A stretch of DNA of 42,330 nucleotides from NCBI RefSeq assembly GCF_001194135.2, contig NC_069005.1, forward strand, positions 20,313,406-20,355,735, given 5' to 3'. Positions 36,354-42,330 of this stretch are shown in pieces. The notes under the pieces are model-generated. The model was given only the letters and a program-made list of their open reading frames with translations, did not search any database and was not told the origin of the DNA. This DNA is from Octopus bimaculoides (lineage: Eukaryota). How positions within the stretch are numbered: the first letter of the stretch is position 1; each line of letters starts with the position of its first letter. A program made the translations under genes and the position numbers.

Positions 36354-36700
36354 TATCTTTTGACAAGATCACTACCTAATTACGACACCAGTGTCTGTTC
36401 TGGCACTGTTTTTTCTCTATATTGCTAGCAGGGAGATGAGTTGCTGCTATCTCTAGTGGTCAAGTGTCCATCACTGATGAGAAGGTTGAAATCATGTGAT
36501 CTGGTGGTCTTGGTGTTGGAGATGGCAGGGATTTATCTGTCTGCTAGTGATATAAACAAGAGTGCATTTTTCACCAAAAGCCAATATGAGAGTTTCTCTC
36601 ATGATATCTACCACTGTATAGTTTGTTCTAACAGAATATCTATATTTAAGCGGGCATATATTATCTCTCAGTATTAATACTGCCTCTGTCACTTATGTAT
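36354..36700 (+). mobile_element. Second direct copy of the HHR-bearing repeat
   Basis: Contains the HHR at 36468-36507 and repeats 34593-34785. Confidence 0.8.
36468..36507 (+). ncRNA. Type I hammerhead ribozyme motif, stem II partly deleted (probably inactive)
   Basis: CCATCA-CTGATGA-GAAGGTT-GAAA-TCATGTGA-TC|TGGTGG: stem I, intact core boxes, near-palindromic stem III, AUC triplet. Confidence 0.75.
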
Positions 36701-37571
36701 ATTTTTCATGACATGGGAAAGGAAGACCAGATGACATGCTGCGGCTAAACTGGAAAGGAAACTGCAAGGCTGCAGAGCTGAAACAAAGCAGGGATCCAAC
36801 TAGAGAAAAGCAGAAAAAAACAGCCCAGAGTTGAAAACAGTGGAAAAAAGTTGTTTATGGCCTCTGCTTCATAGGGAAGGAAAGCTTTAAGTAATATGCA
36901 TGAAAGGAAAGAGCTAAGCCTGTGACATCCATCTGAGGAGTTTTTTTCTTCTTTTTTTTTGTCAGTGGTTTAGAGGAAGAAGAGCCTCCATGACTGGAAG
37001 TGGATGGATTTCTCTTCAAACCAGAGACCTGGCCCAAATACTTGCAACAAAATGAATTCTGTTAAAGGCATCTAAGTGCCAGGTGCTGCTGTTAATCTGA
37101 ACACATTATTACAATACAACAAAAACCCTGGTAGTTGCTAGCATGAGACTCTTATTTATTTTCTGTTCATGTTTCATTAAATCAACATTATTTACCTCAT
37201 GCTACTAACAAATACTTCATTGCTATCTCATATTCCTTCAGACATGCTTATTAGTTATTTCCCCTTGCTCATTACCTCTTCAATGTCAGTTCATGTTATT
37301 AATTCTACATAATTTTCTCTTGTTGCTAATTGTTTCTCTGTGTATTGTAAATCAATCCCTCATTATCTCATGTTGCTAATTGTTTTCACTTTGTTATTTT
37401 ATGTTGATAATTACTTCCCAAATATTTCACATTGCCAATTACTTCCCTTATTTCTAATACATCATAATTTTTTCCATTGTCAATTCATGTTGCTAAGTTT
37501 TTGCTTATCTCATCCCATGATGCTAATTTACTACTTCCTCATTACCTTCTCTCCTTCTTTTCTCATTATAG

Positions 37572-38016
37572 CTTGAAGAAAATTCGTTCTATTGGAACGA
37601 AATTGGCGAAAGGATTTGGCATGTTGATGGGGAGGAAGTACATGTATCTGACAGGTGTCGAGGATAAAGCGCTGTATATCTGGGACCGCAATGCTGACCT
37701 GGAGAAGCAGAAAATTATTGTCCAATCTGCTGACCGTGTTATCATGGACACACAGAAAAAACTGAAAGTTAGCCCTGAGCTCTCCTTGCACCCAGGAAAG
37801 ATGTCTTTTGACAATCATGGGAACTTGTGGATCATAACTACAGATTACCAGTTGTACTTCAGAAATTCCTCTGATGGTGAAGGCTATGAGACAAAAATTG
37901 TGAAACTAAAAGTTGATGACTCAAGGGAAAAGCGAACTACTTCGACTGCAGCTTTGGACCGGAAGCTCCTTATATCATTAATAATTGCCACGGTCATGTT
38001 GTGCATTGTTTTGTAG
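37572..38016 (+). CDS. yellow-like: Yellow/MRJP-family protein, terminal coding exon with hydrophobic C-terminal anchor signal
   Basis: The open frame begins exactly at a strong acceptor in the phase required by exon 1. It encodes GFGMLMG..MYLTGVEDKALYIWD..PGKMSFDNHGNLWIIT..KIVKLKV (yellow C-terminal blades), then REKR-TTSTAALDRK-LLISLIIATVMLCIVL*. Confidence 0.88.
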
Positions 38017-38604
38017 GCATTGACAAAGAGTTATGTTATGACTATTAGAAGAAGGATGAAAAAGAGTAAAGTAGAAAGAGGAGAGAGAATGTGAGTGTGT
38101 GTATTTTATTATTTTTCAGAGTCTGCTGTTGTAGTTGTTGTTGCCTTGTTTCCAACAAGGGGAGTTTCAGATGACACAGGTGATTTTAGTTTTGACCATA
38201 AATTCATATACATTACTTTATCACCACCACCACCACCACCACCACCATCATCATCATCAATTTATGCCTGCTTTTTGCATACTGACTTGAATTGGATTGT
38301 TCTATTCCAGTACAAATTCTTGTCACTCATGAACATCCTTTATCGTCAGATGCATAACAACAACGCCAGACTATTGCTTATTTTATTGTGCTAGCATGGA
38401 TTTGTCCAGCAGTTCTCAAATTGAGCAAATACCAAGCTACCCACAGCAAAAAAAAAAAAAAGAAAGAAAGAAAGAAGCATAGTCCTTTTGACATCTGTCC
38501 CTTCTTTATGGATGAAGACAAAACGGAGCTTGTGCTGTATAAATTTTCTTCTTTGATTACCATAGTTTGGACAAGTTTACAAAATTTAATAATATCTTAA
38601 TTTT

Positions 38605-38610
38605 ATTAAA
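38605..38610 (+). promoter_or_regulatory. Possible polyadenylation signal ATTAAA (alternative AATAAA at 39739-39744)
   Basis: Hexamer only; no transcript evidence. Confidence 0.2.
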
Positions 38611-39131
38611 CATGGCAGTTTATCCAGCAGCTTTTCAATCCTTAAAAGCTCTTTTATGAGAAACACTGAAACAGCTCCATTTCATCATGCTTCCTTAGCT
38701 ACTCAAATGTGTAAGACGCTGCCGGGATTAGTTTTTAGTCAACCCATTCTCCGTTGTATCAGTTTTTATTTAGATTTGCAACACTTGTAAATGAGTTCAC
38801 TTTGCTGCAGCTTGTGTAGTTTCTGTTTTGTGACTATGGGAGAAATCTTTACATTAAGTGTGGCATTATATTTGTCTCATGTGTTTGACAGCTCTAGAAA
38901 TGTCACCTCCAACACAGCTGAGAAACTGCATTTCTTTGTGATGTAGGAGATTACGTTAGCAATCAAATGACACTGAGCATAAAGCCAACCTTCATAATGC
39001 TCGTGGCACAGTTGTTTAGACAAGAGATGATGACGTGGTTGGTGTTTATTAGAGGAATGTCTTTGTGTTTTGTGTGTGTGTATGTGTGTATACATACAAA
39101 CACATATACACCTCTCTCTATCTATGTATGT

Positions 39132-39174
<43 letters not shown>

Positions 39175-39520
39175 NNNNNNNNNNNNNNNNNNNNNNNNNN
39201 NNNNNNNNNNNNNNNNNNNNNNNNNNNNNNNNNNNNNNNNNNNNNNNNNNNNNNNNNNNNNNNNNNNNNNNNNNNNNNNNNNNNNNNNNNNNNNNNNNNN
39301 NNNNNNNNNNNNNNNNNNNNNNNNNNNNNNNNNNNNNNNNNNNNNNNNNNNNNNNNNNNNNNNNNNNNNNNNNNNNNNNNNNNNNNNNNNNNNNNNNNNN
39401 NNNNNNNNNNNNNNNNNNNNNNNNNNNNNNNNNNNNNNNNNNNNNNNNNNNNNNNNNNNNNNNNNNNNNNNNNNNNNNNNNNNNNNNNNNNNNNNNNNNN
39501 NNNNNNNNNNNNNNNNNNNN

Positions 39521-39672
39521 CCTTCTCATCAGGGAAAGCATGGGAATCATCTTAAACATAAGACATTATGACCGATTATGAAAACAATAGATGGATATCC
39601 ATCTATTGTTTTCATGATCGGTCATAATGTCTTACGTTTAAGATGATTCCCATGCTTTCCCTGATGAGAAGG
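39521..39672. repeat. 152-bp loopless palindrome (74/76 pairs), possibly extending into the gap
   Basis: Centre GGAT|ATCC at 39596/39597; two transition mismatches. Confidence 0.95.
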
Positions 39673-39749
39673 TTATAATTTTAATATCAAAGATTCCTAT
39701 GGATCACACAGGTTGTAACCCTTTGAAACATATGTAGGAATAAAGTATG
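39651..39749 (+). ncRNA. Type I hammerhead ribozyme, near intact
   Basis: Stem I CATGCTTTCC / GGAA(TAA)AGTATG; CTGATGA at 39661-39667; stem II 39668-39678 with 39713-39724; GAAA at 39725-39728; stem III AC-ATAT-GT; GUA triplet with predicted cleavage after 39736. Confidence 0.8.
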
Positions 39750-40229
39750 CAATTATAACATGCGTTTTCTCCAATCCTTAAATTCTTATATATATATATA
39801 TATCTTTAAATCTTTAAAATGTTTCAGCCTGAAAGCTACGGTCAGATATATATACCACACACACATGCACATACACACACATATAATGGTGGTTGTTGAC
39901 TTGTCCATATGTATAACTATAACTCACAAATTATCTTATCTTAAAGATAAGGCAGAAGGGCAGTGACTGTTACCAATGCCTGTGCTGAAATTTAAAGTCA
40001 ATAACAACTTGTGCAACACTACTAAGACACCTAGCTTTTGTTTTTCATTCTGTGGGATGTCCAACAAAAACTGCCCTCCTTACCCAGCAGGATTGGTGGT
40101 TTAGTCACTGACACCACTGCCATCCGACGGGTTGTACAGGGTTACATGCTCCATACACTTGCATACAAGCATACATATACTTATATAAATATATATTCAT
40201 ATCTTTCTAAAAGTATAAGTATTTTTAAA

Positions 40230-40730
40230 AAATCAAAAAATATCAACTAAATTAGATTATGTCTGAGAGATAACAGTTTATTCAAAGTAGTTTTTCTCAG
40301 TTTCCACCATGGCCTCAAGACAACTCCAGAACCTGGCACGTGCATTCCACACTGTGTCCTTGGGAAGATCTTTGAACTCCTCCTTGAACTTGGCCGCCAG
40401 TTTGGCTTTGGTGTTGCAGTCAGAGTGGTTGGTGTCTTTCTCAACTGTACCCCAGACATAATAATCCATGGAGTTACAATCTGGGGAATTAAGTAGCCAG
40501 AAATTGAAGCTGGTGAAGTCATAGAAATTTTCTGACAACCACTTCTGACTCTTTTTGGTGGTATGGCAAAGAGCTGAATTCTGCTGCCACACTTCAGCCA
40601 AGGTTTGACCACAGTCTCCTGCAGCTTCACATAGCCATCTGAATTGAGCTCAATGCTGTGTTCAAAGATGTGGGGTGGTGTGACATCACCCTCACTGGAA
40701 ACACACATAAAGACCATCACAGTTATATAT
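40230..40730 (-). mobile_element. maT/DD37D-like transposase 3' fragment
   Basis: VFMCVSSEGDVTPPHIF, WQQNSALCH, FWLLNSPDCNSMDYYVWG. Confidence 0.8.
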
Positions 40731-40799
40731 ATACTAGCAGTTACTTGGCCTTCACCTTGGTCTGTACTGCATGCAAATGTATTGATAAGGCATCTATTA

Positions 40800-41220
40800 A
40801 AATGCCCATGTGTTAGATTGCAATTAAAGACTGCTAGTCACCACTCTTTACAAGTTAAACGGGCTAAATTCCAACCTGACTTGTCATTGCTCTGGGGCAT
40901 TTTTGGCTGTTCTGTTAACACTTGTTCTCTTAAGCGGGCTTTTCTATCAGCTGAGATTCCAACCTCTGTTGTTTCTGCTCTGGTGTCTCATGTTTCCTCA
41001 AGTGGACTTGTCTATCAGCTTGAGACTCCAATTGCCATCATTTCTATTCTGGTGTCTTTTGTTCCCACAAGCAGGCTTGCCTGGTTGTTTCAAACCGAAG
41101 TTATACTTCTCATTGCTCTTGTGTCTCCAGGGCATTTCATTGTCCCTGAGATTGGATCCTGTCCTGCTTTTCTTCTTATGCTTCCCTAGCCCTTCAACTT
41201 CTGGAGTGTCAGGCTTCAGA
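40800..41220 (-). pseudogene. Decayed 69-bp tandem repeats encoding STPR-like 23-aa units (probable Helitron RepHel N-terminal remnant)
   Basis: ETQEQ*EV*LRFETTRQACLWEQ / KTPE*K*WQLESQADRQVHLRKH / ETPEQKQQRLESQ.DRKARLREQ, with exact 23-codon spacing. Confidence 0.6.
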
Positions 41221-41496
41221 TGATTGAAAAGTATTATGTTGTCTTCTCTACATCATATCAAATGTAAAATATATAAAAAATCAAAAATAAATTCCATAAC
41301 ATCCAAATCATTTTTTGTTGTTTCTAAATTCAGTCATGTGGCTTCACTTCATCTAACTACTAAGCTTCATAAAAATCGGTCCAGTATAACAATTATACCT
41401 TTTACATATCTCACCAAACCTCACTTTACAAAACAAATTGTTTTGAATCATAACACATATAACACAAGTAATGTTCAAATTATGGTATAGTAGAAG

Positions 41497-41830
41497 ATTA
41501 TATATACACTTTCTCCTCAACTTACAGCTGAGTTCTATTCCGACTGACAGTTCATAAGTCGATCTGGTCGTATGACGGATTTATATTTTGCAACACTATT
41601 TTCATTCAAACAAGTAATAAAAATAGGAAAACGAAAATTTAATCCATAGTTATTGTACATAATGTGAAAAATATGTATGTACTCTATTGTACTGTAAACA
41701 AAAATACAATCTCAAATTAATGTAAAAATTAATACAAATGAAATTCCGCATGCATACAATAAAAAAAATTGTTCCTGTGAAAAAAGTGCAATTGAAAATA
41801 AAATTTTAATCTTCACAGTCATATTCTTGG
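41497..41830. mobile_element. Possible Tigger/pogo-type MITE fragment
   Basis: CCTCAACTTAC..TAAGTCGATCTGGTCGTATGACGG resembles Tigger termini; the other end is not clear. Confidence 0.35.
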
Positions 41831-41894
41831 GTTGAGGTAGATGGTTTTTCAAGGAACATTAAAATTTTTTTTCTCCATGTTTTTCTCCTTGTTT

Positions 41895-42032
41895 TCTCTG
41901 TATTCTTTCTGTTGAAGAGCATAGCTCAAAACGTTAAAGACTTTCTGTATTCCCGAGCGTCAAACTAATACATCCTTTTGTTGTTTACACCACCTGTCCT
42001 CGTCTGTTGTTGTTTTTTTCGTAAATTCTCCC
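41895..42032 (+). mobile_element. Short PLE-terminus-like repeat with a decayed minimal HHR
   Basis: TCTTT..TTGAAGA-GCATAGCTC-AAAAC-GTT-AAAGA. Confidence 0.45.
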
Positions 42033-42059
42033 ATATATATATATATATATATATATAAT

Positions 42060-42190
42060 TGATAACCGAAATGGTAGATGGATTTAGTATTAATCTTTAT
42101 TCAGCACAACGATCGTTTCGACCCAGCTTGCAACTCTCCGTCAGGGGTAGGGGTGAATGTGCTTTAATAGACATATACCAAAAGTCCAGA
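42060..42190 (-). mobile_element. PLE-terminus-like repeat with a decayed HHR followed by AATAAA
   Basis: Minus strand CTGACG(G)A-GAGTTGCAAGCT(GGGT)C-GAAAC-GATC-GTT-GTGCTG-AATAAAG. Confidence 0.5.
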
Positions 42191-42273
42191 TATATATATG
42201 TGCATGTGTGTGTGTATATATACACACATACATATACTTACATACATATATATATATATATACACATATTTAC

Positions 42274-42330
<57 letters not shown>
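42189..42330. repeat. (TA)n/(CA)n low-complexity tract
   Basis: Direct reading of the sequence. Confidence 0.97.

Larger units (their letters stand above)
12680..37571 (+). other. 24,892-nt phase-2 GT-AG intron, filled with TEs
   Basis: Donor GTAGGT; acceptor CCTTCTCTCCTTCTTTTCTCATTATAG. The AG|C junction recreates an in-frame Ser codon. Extra small exons hidden in gaps cannot be excluded. Confidence 0.82.

Noticed and set aside
37477-37571. N-terminal part of the 179-aa ORF as an independent gene start
   Set aside because: It translates the polypyrimidine tract, and yellow-like sequence begins only after the AG at 37570-37571.
2883-39581. Long ORFs in the track that are mostly X (e.g. 2883-3893, 10166-10789, 13377-13850, 26220-26693, 38967-39581)
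   Set aside because: They are artefacts of reading through N gaps.
40644-41223. 181-aa and 106-aa plus-strand ORFs as host genes
   Set aside because: They are antisense shadows of the maT fragment and the STPR repeat array, with no recognisable domain.
1-42330. CRISPR arrays, rRNA genes, operons
   Set aside because: No repeat-spacer arrays or rRNA-like sequence; the window is eukaryotic and intron/TE-dominated.

Overview
AT-rich, microsatellite-rich and gapped eukaryotic genomic DNA. The tRNA-derived SINE families resemble those of octopus, so a coleoid cephalopod source is inferred but not proven. The window holds one host gene, a Yellow/major royal jelly protein (MRJP) family member on the + strand. 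Its two coding exons (11901-12679 and 37572-38016) join in frame across a 24,892-nt GT-AG phase-2 intron to give about 407 aa, with a signal peptide, a furin-type REKR site and a GPI/TM-like hydrophobic C-terminus. The rest is a layered transposable-element graveyard: Penelope-like, R4/Dong, Hero-like, CR1, RTE, Gypsy, Tc1/mariner/maT, hAT, piggyBac-type MITEs, Helitron-type STPR repeats and many SINEs. Three non-coding features stand out. (1) A set of type I hammerhead ribozyme (HHR) motifs, including a nearly intact one 1.6 kb downstream of the stop codon that is overlapped by a 152-bp palindrome. (2) A retrozyme-like ~350-nt HHR repeat that a Tc1 insertion split in two. (3) A ~1.9-kb foldback element with a TTAGGG-like core just upstream of the gene. 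All calls are by-eye motif recognition and no database searches were run.
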